From the NCBI RefSeq assembly GCF_009914755.1, contig NC_060939.1: a stretch of 64,000 nucleotides of DNA; one strand, given 5' to 3'. A program made the position numbers and the translations under genes. This DNA is from the human T2T-CHM13v2.0 reference genome, Homo sapiens. Numbering within the stretch: the stretch's first letter is position 1; the number at the start of each line of letters is the position of its first letter. Shown here one piece after another: positions 1-16,020 of the stretch. The notes beneath the pieces are model-generated. The model had not been told where the DNA came from, made no database searches, and saw nothing but the letters and a program-made list of their open reading frames with translations.

Positions 1-3000
1 TAAAAATGGCATGAGAATTGCAGAGTTACCTTTTCTTTATAAACGGTTCTCTTTTGCAGAAAGAAATGAGTTCACAGTGAATTTATGTTCAGACGTTGAA
101 AAATGTATACACATCACAGATGAACTCATCCATACCTTCCCCTCCCCTGACAGTTCTGCCCTGTGAACTGGGGTGGAAAAATATATACTGACATTCTGAA
201 AATAAGATGTTTTATTAATAGTGTGACTTTAACTTCTGAGCTTTAGCTTGTCTAATATGAAAAATAGGGATAATAATACATACCTCACAGAATTGTTGTG
301 TTTTTTGAGGTAGATACTATATATGAATTTCATAGAACTTGTTAAGTGTTAAAAATGATAGCTGTATTATTATTAGCATTAATAACATGATTATATCTTT
401 GTGCTGAGCTTCAGGTCTTTACACTAAATATGACAGTAATAGTCCCATGCCAAAAAAGTTCCAACTTGAATAGTGAGGCCAAGGGAGAACCAATGAATAG
501 GTTGCTGTAAAAAGAAAAAAAAAATTCTACTAAAATAAGAATCAGAGAACTGAGACTGGGAAATGGATCTGAGAGATAGTTTTGTCCAACTTGCTCACTT
601 CACTGATGAGAAAATCAAAGCTCAGATGGGTTGTAGTACATTCGACACTACAAAGTAGTGCCCTGTTGTGAAGCCACAAATAAGATACAAGCAGAAATTG
701 GGAAGTGTGATTTTTTTTCCCCCTACATCCAAACTCTTCACTTGAAAAATTGCTGCAGACCTAAACAAGGCAAGCAATCACAAAACTGGTAAAATGAAAA
801 GGTAGTTGAAATAATTTTTCAACTTTGGGATTTGGCCTTAATTATCCCCCCATTAATTGCACTTTAATGCCCTCTAGAGATTTTAATGCTAAATAATTTC
901 AATTTTAATTTTATTTATCTTACTTTAAAACAAAGAGTTTGAATTTATAATCTTTAAAATACTATAGATGTTGTGTGATTTCAGAATGGGGCACTCTGGA
1001 CAGCATTTGGAGAGAACAGAGGCATAACCAATTAAGCCCTTACAGAAATCTGAGTTACAAGGGGTTGTAAACAAATGTTTAATTCCTAAAATATCACGTG
1101 AAGATTAATTAAGATAACACATATGAAAGCACTTTGAAAATGATAAAGTGTCATATAAATCTAAGGTGCTGGTTATCTTTGCTCTTTGATACTGAATTGT
1201 ATAGTTGATCATTTCATAATTAATTATGACCTTCAATTTCACTTTCCTTTGCTACTGTTAATGAAATGTCTTATGCTTATCATAAACCATTCCCTCAGGA
1301 GGAAAACAAGTAAGTCTCTCTCAGTGAGTTATAGAGAGAAAATGCCAGTATGGTCTGCCAGTTTGAATAAGAAATTTGAGAGTTAGGAGATGACATTTTC
1401 TTCATATGTTGATGCTGTTCTCTGAGGACTCTATAGTTGAGGCCTTGGTGCCTCCTTTTTGCAAACTTCTGAAATAAAAACAAATTTCATGCTGACTCCC
1501 TGCAAGAGTTGAGGTAGGTCATAAAGCTGATAGTAGATATGTGTTACTTAATCTGTTTTTAATAGATATTAACCATTGGAGTAAAGAATTAAGTTAATGA
1601 AAGTCTAGTCAACAAAATGCCTGTGATAGGAGTGCAAATGTGTCCTCATTTATAGTAGCATTGAATAGGCATGGGAATGGTAGTTAAGTATTCTACGTAT
1701 GTAACCGACTGGACAATCAGCTCCACTTACTTCTTGGAGTATCCATTTAATTCCACCTAATTTCCTGAGTGACCGTTATATGTAAAGCACTGTAGTTAAG
1801 TACCATGGAAAGTATTGACTTAAAGAGTGATTCCACGTTATACAAAAAGCTCTCTGGCCAACAAGATTATAAACCTGAATACCAGTACTATTCTGGGTCT
1901 AACATGTTTCTGGACCAATCCTTAACCTCTTTGAATCTCAGTTTCGCCATGGGAAATGTGCTAAAAGTTATTCCCCATCTTGACAGACAGTAACACTAAA
2001 CTCATAATGCTGTAGTTTAGAAGCATGATTGTTTTGGACCTTTTGAAGTATATGGCAGCCACGTTCAATTCCTAGCTACCCAGATGTGGTGCGCAGAGTG
2101 CCTCAGGCCCATGGCTCTCCACCGTGCCATGTGCTGCTCAGCCGGGGCTGAGTATCAGTTAAGCATAAACTAAGCTCTATAAAAGATAATTTATTTAATA
2201 CCATATTTAAAATATTTTGATAGCACAGCAGACTAATATTTTAAAATGACAGCCTGAACATAATCATGCATCTGATTTATTGCCTAGATTACCAGCAGTC
2301 TTTTCCTAGGCTATGTGGGAAGGGAGTATTTCCTCAGTTGTCTGAGCCATTTTACAGTGATGGTACCAACATCAGCAAGTCATTTGTCACAGAAGATGGT
2401 TCCACAGTTTCTAAAGCAAGGAGTTTAGTCACACTTTATGGGATTAGAATTTATTTATTTATTTATTTCTCTTTTTTTTCTAATCATTGCCTACATTGTG
2501 ATTATGTCTAGCGGCAGGAAAATAATAATAACCAATTCTACTGTTCGCTTGCTAAATGAGATTGAGCCATTACCTATCCACATACAGCGAAGCCAACAGA
2601 ACAGAATTTACATTATCACTGCTTCTCACTAGAATCTAAGGGTTTTATAATAAATAGCGGAAGGAGTTATGGAGAGATCTAAATTGAATGTCATAAAATA
2701 TAAACTTAGGGTCACCAAAGAGAATTAATTCACAGTCAGTAAACTAGAAAATATCAAATCAAGATGCATGTTTAGAGCTATCACTGTAATATTCCATAGG
2801 CAGGGGTGCAAGGTGCTATGAACTTGACTTAGTTTTAAATTGAGAACCAAACAGAACTTAAATAAAATCTCCCAGATCTTTAGGGAGCAGTTGGGGGTAC
2901 AAACAGCAATCTTTGTGGGTAAAAAGGACTGTTCTGCAGGAATCTGTCTCAGTCAGAGGAAAGAGAACCCTCTACAATTAAACTAGTACATGGAAAACGG

Positions 3001-4419
3001 ATTAGGTGAGGACAAATTTTAATATATGAGAACAGAAAGTCCTTGCAGAAACCAGGAAAAGCCAAACAAATTGTCCCAAGGGCAGAAATGATTATGCTTG
3101 TTTATTCCTCTCTTCTTCTCTGAGAGTTTATTCACCTATATCTGTTTTTCCATCTTTCCATTTGCACACACACTCCTTTCACTGTGTCCCTATCTCCCTC
3201 CTTTCCCCGCTTTTCCCTTTCCTCGCTTCTCTGCACACTGATCTGATTCTTGATCACTACTCAATAGATTTTCTTGTTTTTCACTTCCCCATGGTATATC
3301 ATAGCCTTGGCCATGTGTTTCCCAACTCTAGCACTCAGTTTGCTGCTGGAAACCTATTTGGGTTTTTCAATAATTAGCTCAGTTCATCTTTACAAAGCAC
3401 CATACAAGTCCTGGGTTATTGGTCTATCAATGATTGGAACATCTTAAAACTATCACTTGTATGTTTCATGTGTGGAATGGAGACCAGGGAAGTCTTAATG
3501 GGGCATGCTAGTCACTCATTTGTGGGTTGAAGCAATTTCCCCTGAGTGTAGTATTACACTACAACCAACTGATCTAGCAGCATTTTCAAGATCCGAAAAC
3601 TAAAATGCCAATCTATCTCTACTTGGTTCATTCCCTCACTTCTTGGATGTACCCCTTGTGTAGACCACCTATTTTGAAAGCAGAAAAAGATCAACACGCT
3701 AGTACTGTCCCTGGCCAAACTGGGAGTCTGCAGATCCCTGTTGACTCAGATCCATATGGTGTAAAATTCAGCTTTCTGAGCATTTTTTTGGTTAGTATCC
3801 GCCCCAACACTCTGTAGATAAATAATTCGTTGAACATGTATTTAAGTGTGAGGTACTCTCCACAGTGTTACAGACACTGAGGTAAATATGTAAGACACAT
3901 GATTTTTTTTGCCCCAGAGCTTTCATTACAATTGGAGTGGAGATGATGCTGAGGCTAACATCGTCAACAGGGGGAGCCAGTCCTAGGGAGGTAGGGGAGA
4001 AGTGGTCAGTTCTGCCTGGTGCTGCCAACTTGACTTGACAATAGGATAGATATTTGACTCCAAATAAAAGATGTTTAAAGCAAGGTAATATTTGAAAGCT
4101 GGGCAAAAGAAGTTTTAAATAGGTAAGCAATGTGTTGAAGAAATATTAATGGCAAGGAAGAAATATCTAAAACAAAACCCAAATCATTGCAAATATCATT
4201 ATAATTATAGGCATGGATATTTGTGTGGTCATTTACTGTATCTCAAATCCTATCATATGTATAATACTTCACAACTAATCATTGTCATTATGATTGTTGT
4301 TATCATTTTACAAATGAGAAACCTTTGGGAGACCAATAGATTTTTGCTAAATAATCCATCCCAACAAGCAAAATGGAAGAAACACAACTCATGCCTGTAT
4401 CTTCTATTATCACATAAAT

Positions 4420-6170
<1,751 letters not shown>

Positions 6171-9100
6171 AAAACTCTGACAAAAAATAACTCATTCACT
6201 GTGTTAGCAGAGTCAGTATTCCACTAATTACACCCCACAAATTCAAGATGATATAAAATTGCTGCTTCTACTATGATGATTATGACCACACAGTAATATC
6301 AGTGATCCTGACCACCACCATCCTTTGTGGTCTGGCATTAATGGTTTACAGTGTTCAACACATCTAAAATCTAAAATACAGTATCATGTGCATTTACATC
6401 CTTACATTTATGGCTGAGAAAAATGTCTCAGACTTTTGTGAAATTGTAGATAGTATAGCCAGAACCCCAAGTTCCTTAATGGGCTAGTTAGGATGTAATA
6501 CTGTTGTGAATTTTTTATACGTTACTCATTGAGTTCTATATAAAAAGTCATTACTCAAAATTAAAAGAATGTGCTATCTCAGGCATATCTACTACTTGCC
6601 TTTAACATTTTTCCCCATTAGTCTTACGACATTTGAGACCATTTTTGATACAGTCCTTCCAAATTTTTATGTACTTTATATATGTTACTGTAATTTTCCT
6701 CACCTAAGTTTTGAGCTACTTAAGGACAACCTCCTAAAATAATTTTGGGTATAAAGTAAGCATAAAAATATGTTTAATAATTATTTTCAAAAGATAATTT
6801 CTATAATTGATTTTTTTACCAATGAAAGCATCTTCTATAAACTTTTACTGTTAATTTAAAAAATTTATTTGCACTATTGCTTCACTCTTATTTCTCCTTT
6901 GTTTTCAATGACATTTTCTTCCAAATAATTCCAAAGACATGCCTTTCTTTTCTGTGCACGATACTCAAACATTATGATATGAACTCAGATGTTGACATTT
7001 TTATCAGCATCTCCACAATGTTTTCCTGCCTGATGAAATGTTAAGAATGCCTTTAGTCTTCATTATATGTTTGTTATTTTCTTTCAGTTATGTTTCTACC
7101 CAGTAAACTTTGAAGCTGATTTTGACTAGAATTGGACTGGGAGGGACAATAAAATGGATAGCACTTCTTTTGACTTAGTTAAAGCACTAAAATAAGAAGT
7201 AGGAAGTAACCTCTTGAGCTTTTATTATGATTAGATCCATATCATCTTTTTTCACCCTGTCCTTACAGAACAATGTATAAGGTTAAGAAAGAACAAGATG
7301 GAAACCTACCACTAACTCTGGGGGAACATTTGGCATGACTTTTCACTGCAAGATGATGCCTAAGGCGCCCTCTGGCATTCATAGGTTTATTACTTTATAG
7401 AACTCTACTAATTGGCAGATAATTAAGTATATGTGCTGGGAAAATTTCATCAAAAAGGAGACATTAACTTTATCTTTTTAATATTGCTGCTACAAGGGCC
7501 ATATTTAAAATGGTTTAAGACATGCTTTAATAAATATTTAATTTTAAGCAATTATTTGTTCCTTGCTTTGTTCCAAGGATGAATTAAAACAAATAATTCA
7601 GTTGTATTTTTCAATTGCATGTTCAATCACAAGGATTGAGATGAAACCAAATGATTTGAACCCAATCTATTTCATAATATGAGAGTAATGTTGTAGAAAA
7701 AAATGATACAGTTGGGGGAAATTAAGTAGCTGATAAATTGATGAACTGGCACTCCAGGCGATCTCAGATTTTGGAGGCTACTCTACAGTTAGAGTCCTTT
7801 AAGTACAAGTAGTAGCCGGTGCACAGTCAGAGAGAAACAATCCCCTTAGATAACTTTCTGTTTATGGAAAAGGGATCAGCGTGGCATGCAACTCAAAAAT
7901 AACTCTTATGTCAATGCTCTCTACCGACCTAACTTTCCTTACCATCTTTGGCCACTCCATCCTGACCTGAGACCTCTGACTATTTTGCCTAGTTTTTGCT
8001 GTGCCTTTTTAAATATTGGCACCCAACTCTCTTTTCACCACTTTTTAGAAATCTTACCCTTTTTCTTTATCAGCCACTCCTTATGAGTATGGATCTTGTG
8101 ATTTTAGAACTCCAAGAAAATTCTTAACAGCCAGAAGTTTCTTTACTGCTCCCTACTTTAGAGTCACATGTCAGGTTAATATTCTCATGTGAGCTTGAAA
8201 GCTTTAGATTTCTTTGAGTAGACAAAATTAATCCCCTATCTGGCGAGAGAGGAATTGGGAAGTTCCCTGAGGAATGGCTGAATTTCTGGAAAAGCATTCA
8301 CTAATGTCTAAATGATCCTCTCTAGGATCAATGCTGTTCTCAAATGAATCAAATTTAGTATATCTTGATGATCCCAGGGCTTCCTCAACTTTGTCGTTAA
8401 GCTGTACAATGCCGTTCTTCTCTCCATCTCCCCGACACTGATCTCTTCAGTATCTTTAATAATCAGACTAGGTTTTGTGAATGCACTAGTTATTTTTTTT
8501 AAATGTAATATCTTTCTTATACTTGCAAAGCACATACTGGATTTTCAGTTAGGACACATCCTTCTTCATCATGCAGAACTGGTCATTACACAATCGAGCC
8601 ATGTGAAATTCTTGACATTTGACCCTTTTGACCTATAAAAATGGAAATATTATATGGTTCAACCTAAAGTAATCGCTTTCATCAGAATGATTTCTATGTG
8701 AACCATCAGTCTTACCTCTTTATCACCTAGAGCACAGTATTTGTTATACTTTTTAAAATATAAGCTATGCTTATGTTTGATCAAATTGGGTTGTTTTATG
8801 TTTTATTACACAAACTTTTGGAAATATTAAATACATTCAAACAGGTGTCTGGTAAATTTTTCATTCAGATGTTCATAAACATATTTATTCAACTTTAGTT
8901 CTTATGGCACTTAAGTTTGCATTTTAATGATAAAGGGCAATACTGCAGACAGATGAGTACCAGTGCCAAAATATGACAGGTGTTGCCAAGTGTTTTGTGG
9001 TATTTGTGCAGTGACTTGGCATTTTCAAAAATTCCATCTCTTTGCATTTTTCACATCTAGCAAAAGAGCCCAGAGAGGACTGAGGAATAACCAACATTAC

Positions 9101-10425
9101 TATTTGTGAATTCTTAAGAACATTTGCTCCGTTTGAGATAATTGGTTGAAGCTTAGACTTAAGTGGAAAAGTTAATTGGAATGTGAGATTTCCTAACATT
9201 TCTCCAGCAGTTCCTTGGTGATTAGTACAATCTTCTTTGTATAAGCCTGTACTGTGCTGTTGTATTGCTCATGTTTGGGATGAGAGGGATGTTAGTTGAC
9301 AGTGTTTACTTTTGTGATTGCCTCTCCCGATTCAAGTTTGGTGTTCAGATAAAGTCTGTTTGGGAAGCTGATGGAACCACAACTTGTTACTGGCATTTCC
9401 ATCATTGCCTCAAAGTTTCTTGAAAGATGGCAGCTCTTCTTTTCTAGCAAGGAAGGTGGGGGAATAGCTAAGAGAAAGGATGCCAGGTGTCTACAGAAAT
9501 GAATGCTGACTGATCCTGTTTTCTTGCCAAAAATAAACTCTGGCTATTGATTTTGTTTAACTCTTTTTCTCTGGCAAGAAATATTTATTATCTCCCTAGA
9601 GGTCTTTTAGATGTGGGAATGTGAAGCTTTTCATTAGAATGTTTTTCTGTTCAGATAGGCTGGTAAGGAAATAGAAAAGTATTGCATGAATATTTATGCC
9701 TGTATTTTGTTTACTGTAGGATGGATGTGCTCCCTAAAAGTCAATATAATATAAAAAGATAGGTTTTCAATGATCTCATCAGCAAATATTAAACAGTAAA
9801 AATTCTTAGTGTTAATGAGAGTACAGAGAAGCAGATAGAAGGGTAAGCACATACGTGTTTCTGGATAACATTTTAGTAATGTGTGTGTATACAGATATGC
9901 ATATAATATGCACACCTTTAAATCTAGCAAAGCTACTTTTAATAATTTGACTAACATATTTTCACAAGTTTATAAACATATACATATACAAGGGGTTCTG
10001 TGGTTCTGTGTAGTATTGCTTCCAACAGTAGATAAATGGAAACTACTTAAATGTCTATCTACTGTATATAGGGGAATAGTTAAATAAATTAGGACACAGT
10101 AATATAATGAAATACAATATACTTATTAAAAAGAATGATGTGTCAGGATGTACCCAATGTGTTAAGTTAAAGGGGTAAATGATATGTACAATACGATCCC
10201 ATATTTGTCACAATTCAAAGTAGATACATGTATCTACTTTGATAACAATATATCAAACTTTTTAAAGGCAAATACTAATACTAAATAATAACTTTCTATT
10301 AAAATATTGACAATAACATTCAGTGAGTCAAGTAATGAACTGGATACAGCTATCACAATAAGAATTGTGCTCATTGCAGACGGAAATTGATAGAGGAGAG
10401 TTCCATATTTCTGAAAAACCCATTG

Positions 10426-10644
10426 TCTCTCTCTCTCTCTCTTGCTCTCTCTCCATATATATGTATACATACAAGTATACATATATAAACATATATGTAT
10501 GTATATACATACATATACATATATACATATATAAACATATGTATACATACATATATACATATATAAACATATGTATACATACATATATACATATATACAC
10601 ATACATACATACATATATATATATACACATATATATATATATAC
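10426..10644. repeat. (CT)n followed by compound (TA)/(TACA) microsatellite-minisatellite
   Basis: Directly visible. A 32-nt unit occurs twice perfectly at 10527-10590. Confidence 0.95.
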
Positions 10645-10940
10645 TTTTTAAAAAAATTGTGACAGAGTCTCACTCTGTCGCCCAGGCTAGAGCACAATGG
10701 CGCAATCTCTGCTCATGGGAACCTCTGCCTCCCAGGCTCAAGCGATTTTCCTGCCTCAGGCTCCTGAGTAACTGAGATTACAGGCATGTGCCACGATGCT
10801 CGGGAAATTTTTGTATGTTTAGTAGAGATGAGGATTTGCCATGTTGGCCAGGCTGTTCTCAAACTCCTGACCTCAAGTGATCCGCCTGCCTCAGCCTCCC
10901 AAAGTGCTGGGATTACAGGAATAAGCCACCATGCCCGGCC
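10645..10940 (-). mobile_element. Alu (AluS/J-like)
   Basis: Reverse-complement Alu consensus ending ...atgcccggcc. Confidence 0.93.
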
Positions 10941-11699
10941 AACACTCAATATTTTTAAAAGTCTTTAAACTATCCATATACTTATACAGACTGACTATAT
11001 AAGCATTAAAAACAATTATAATAGTTTATAAAGTGCTATTATTTTTCCAAAACTTTTATATCCACAATTTTCTTTCCAATTCACTCATTGTTACTAGTGC
11101 AAAATGTTTATTAGTCTTTATACAGAGGTTTCCTTTTCTGAAATAAGAAAGTTGGATCATACACTCCAGAAAAATGCTTTGTGTTTAAGATTTATTATCA
11201 AGACACAAATGCTAAGATCTTTCAGAAAAGGACAAAGAAATACTGAAAGGACTGAGAGAGAGAACCAAAGATATACTTAAAGCTAAATATGTAGTTGTAT
11301 GTATTTTTTCATGGCATTTTCTTTATGGGTTTGGCATGTGGTGTGCTGGTCATTTGCCTTTCAGCTCTTCTATTCCTTAACTGCTGTTATAGTTTTCTGG
11401 TAATTTACAGAATGCAACAGTGGGAGAAATTAAAACCACCAACTCTCAGTCAAATACGAAGTTGAAAAGAATGCATGCATTCATTCCAGAGATACTTACA
11501 AGTATTGCTTATGTATCTATACACTCCAAAGTGCTATACTAAGTGATACACATGTACACATTAATCCATTTAATTCTTACAACAGTATTATGAGGTAGGT
11601 ATCATTATTATTATCACCATTAAACAGAAGACAAAACCAAGGCAAAGAGATTAAGTAGTACAATAGTCAACAAGTGGTGGAACCAAAAGTGAACTCTCA

Positions 11700-11960
11700 T
11701 TTTTATTTTTTTTCTTGTTAAGTTTTACTGTGGTATAATATACATATGATACAATTTATTCATTTTAAGTGTGCATCTGGATTTGTTCATGTAGCCTAAT
11801 GTTTTTGAGTTTCATTCATGTGGGGTATGTCTCAGCAGGTGGTTTCTTTTTAATAATGAATACTATTCCATTGTATGGGTACACTACATTTTGTCTCTTC
11901 TCCAGTTGGTAGAGGTTTGAATTGACTCTACTTTTAGGTATTATGAATAATGTTGCTTGA
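11700..11960 (-). mobile_element. Old L1M 3' fragment
   Basis: Resembles antisense L1M 3'UTR (tactattccattgtatggg...ttatgaataatgttgct). Confidence 0.55.
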
Positions 11961-12162
11961 GCCCTTAATCTTAACCAGTATTCTGAACTACATCTCCATC
12001 ATATGAGTGATTTTTAGGTAACTACTGTAAAAAATTTTGCTATCTCTAGTTCTGATCATGTATGTAGTTATATATACAGAATCATAAATATATGAACACA
12101 TGTATACATACATATACACATACATATATATCATCAATTCAATATGTATATATGTGTAATTA

Positions 12163-13084
12163 TGATGTGGGATATTTCTCAGCCCCTTCGCCAGACTTGT
12201 AGAAGGGGCGCCCTCTCTACTTGTCCCACTGCGCTCAACCTCTTGCAGGAGTGAGCAAGTGAGCGTGGGATATAGCCAGCTGCTCTGAGTATAGGAGTAA
12301 GCCCCATGTGGGACCTGTGGCCAGACCAGGTGTGTCACTTCAAGGGGAACATGGCACTGCCCAGGTGAGGGTGCCCACGACCCCAAAACCCCAGAGGGGG
12401 TGTTACAGTGCTTCTTTACTTTTGTTGTCCATGGATGGTGGTGTGTTAGCAGCTCAGTTGGCCCCTTGCCTCATCATGTGGGGTGGGTGCCCTCTGCTGA
12501 CAAGTGCAAGGGGCCAGTGTGACAGCCTTTTCTTCCTACCTGCACTCAGTGGGTCCCAAGCTCTTGTCTGGTGTCCAAGAAGAATGAGGTCATGTGGACA
12601 ATTGAAGGATGGTGAAGGTGGAGAATTCTATTGAGTGATGAAAACAGCTCTCAGCGGAGAGGGGAGCTAGAGAGGGGACAGGAAGTTCAGGTCATCTTTG
12701 CTGGAGTCTCATTGTCTCTCCCTCAAGGTCAGGCCGTCTCTCCTCTACTGACTGAATCTGGGGTCTTTATAGGCACAGGATGGTGTGTGCATGCTGACTG
12801 GTTTGTGAGTATGCAAAAAAGGTTAAAGTGAAGACCTCACTCAAAGGTGGACATGAAAACGTAGAAAACCAATTAGGAAAGGGCAGGTATGTATAAAATA
12901 GATGAAGGGTGGGGATCAGTCAGAGGATAGCACATCAAACAGGAAGACAAGTTCTGAATCCAGTCCAAGGATTTAACTTGCAACTAGGCTTTCAGGCTTT
13001 AAACTGTATTCAGCTTTGAGGAGGGGTTTCACCTGCTACACAACCCTATCTGCCTAGGCATCTGGCTGCCTCCTGTCACTATCA
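12163..13084 (-). mobile_element. Solo ERV1 LTR, MER52/LTR27/LTR28 group
   Basis: TG...CA termini with a 4-bp TSD (atta) on both sides. The minus strand begins TGATAGTGACAGGAGGCAGCCAGATGCCTAGGCAGATAGGG, as recalled for this group. Confidence 0.85.
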
Positions 13085-13537
13085 ATTATATACATACCTT
13101 CAACAATATGGGTATATATACAAATCCACATAAAACGATGTATATATCCAATCATATATATACACACACAGAGACATAAATATATATACAAAAGAATATA
13201 AAATTTAAGTATTAGAATCATTATAATCCCTACATTATAAGTTTTTTTGTCTCAGTGATCCATTGTAAAAATTTCCACATTGTAAAAGATATTGCTAAAC
13301 CTAAATGTTTAATAATTGATTATGATTTTATTGTATCAGTATATATACATTATTTAATCAATCTCCTGGGTTTTATAATTAGGAAATTAGAATGTATTAT
13401 ATTTTATATATCTATGTTGACATGTCCTTTGCTGTTAAGGGTGGAATATATTTATACATTTGAATAATGTAATTAGTTACAAGCAGTTACCTGTAATTAA
13501 AAATCTAAGTGCCTAGAACATTTCTATGTGATATATA

Positions 13538-13543
13538 TGTGTG

Positions 13544-13578
<35 letters not shown>

Positions 13579-13580
13579 AT
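13538..13580. repeat. (TA)/(TG)n microsatellite
   Basis: Directly visible. Confidence 0.9.
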
Positions 13581-15689
13581 GTAATATTTAATCCCCTTAA
13601 AAGTAATTATCATTACTTCAGTTTTATCGATTGGGCGCAGAGGCTCAGTGCAACTGAGCAACTTTCCCGAAGTCGTATTGCTAGTGAGTGGCTCCAATGG
13701 AATTTGAACTAGACAGGTCTTTTTCTAAGCTAGTTCTATTATTCCATCATGTCTAATACATATTGACCTTGAAAGTGAAATACAAAAAATGTGTAACTAA
13801 TACTGTGAATCACAGATCTTTGAATATTATAGCTAGAATAAGAAAACCACAAACAACAGCAACAGACACTGTTCCAGTCCCTTTACAGTTGTATGATCTT
13901 TTGTTCCTCATTACAACCAATGACTTTAGAGATTATTGATGTTTAGCTCTTTGTTCTATGGACGGGTAAATTTTTAGAAAGAACACATATCGCCACTTAA
14001 ATAAAAGTCAGATTTGGGAAGATAATTTCCTTATTAAAATATCAAATAAATATCAAACATACATCCAAAGTGGATCTTGTTTCTTCAAACAAATAGTTTA
14101 ATTTCTGCTACAATAATTATGCCACTAATTCAAACAAGTATATTTGTAATATCTAATGAGGAATTAAAAAGAGAGTATAATTACTCCTACCTGTGATGTT
14201 TCTCTTATTTATTATGCAAACGATTTTGAATACCTACTTGCTGCAGGCACTAGAGCTTGGAACAAACAAAAAACTCCCAGGACACTTTCACACAGGGATG
14301 AATCTTTATGTGGGTTTTGAAAGACAGGTAAGTGTTCACCAGAGGAGTAGGGAAAAGACATCCTTAATGAGGAAAAACATGAATACAGGGTTTGAGCTGG
14401 GAAAATACAAGGTGAACCAAAGAAATGGTGAATAGAAATCACCACGAGCACATGTGCACACTTGTGCACACACACACACACACACTTCTAATTTCTTGAG
14501 AGAATAATCTGATCTGCCTGTTCGCTGATATCTCTCTTCTTAAGTGGTCTCTCTTTTCGTAGCAAAATGAACACGGGGTATTTTCCTAAACAATTTTTTA
14601 TGTTTATTATTTTAATAATTATATTTTACATTATAATTTTGATAGTATTTTAAAAACTTAGTATTCACTTACTGTTATTATTCAACTGTTTTAATGTTAT
14701 TTATTAGTCATCAAAACAGCTGTTAAAACAAGTTTATTCTGCAACTTTATCTGCGGAGAAATTATTAGATATAAACATATAATACAAGACTTTGAAAGAT
14801 TTATAATCTAATTGTGGGTTCTAGAAGGTGGTTCAGGGAAATTAATGTAGTTTATAAGGTCATATTTTGCCCTTTGTTTCTATGATCTGTTAAAACATAA
14901 GTGCTTTCTTCAGTCAACCCTTAAAAGCCAGTGCATGAACTCCTCTTTTCCTTTTCCAAAAGTCATGCTAATAATATAATTCCTTTCTTGTTCTTATTTT
15001 CATTGTTTCCTATGTTATTGACTTCTGAAATGGATTTACAGTGCCTTAATACTACAAAGAAAAACTATGAGAGAATTTAAAGTGTTGAGGACTCTTTTTT
15101 TTTTTAAACTCCAATACTCCAATAACTAAATTGCTCCTGTTAAATGTAGGTGAGAAAAGTTTCTCTGCATCAACACTGGGTTTTGAAGTCAGAGTTTGTC
15201 CATCTACTATAATAGAATTTGAAGATAATAGTGTTAGGGATCTTCATGCAATAACAAGTGAGATACCGATATTGCAATAGAAGTGGGTTACATAATTCAT
15301 GATCAATCACTAATAGGAAATGTGAAAGTTGAGTGTCTTATAGTATTTCCATTTGCTGGGTCAGAGTTTAAGGAATTAAGCTGTAACTAGAGAATTTAAT
15401 TACTGTTTGAAAGGCTGCCGTGGCTGCTTTGCCTCGAGATGGCTCTGGCAGGAGGTTTCTGCTGATGATTTTCTCAACTGATGCCCTGCCTTCCAGGCCG
15501 AGCTAGAATGAGATCATTCATAATTACTAGAAGATATTTGAAACTACATTTTTTATTGTAACAGAAAAAATATAAATAATAAAATAACATTTTTCACAAA
15601 TTCTATCACCTATATTTTGATATTTTGATATATACGCTTATAGCTTATTTTAATGAATATATATTTTTATATACGTATATATTTATTAA

Positions 15690-16020
<331 letters not shown>

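Noticed and set aside
10234-10775. Overlapping 100-136 aa ORFs on both strands
   Set aside because: Artefact of a stop-poor TA/CA microsatellite plus Alu.
15462-15482. TGATGA...CTGA as a C/D box snoRNA
   Set aside because: The boxes are about 10 nt apart, leaving no room for a guide, and there is no terminal stem.
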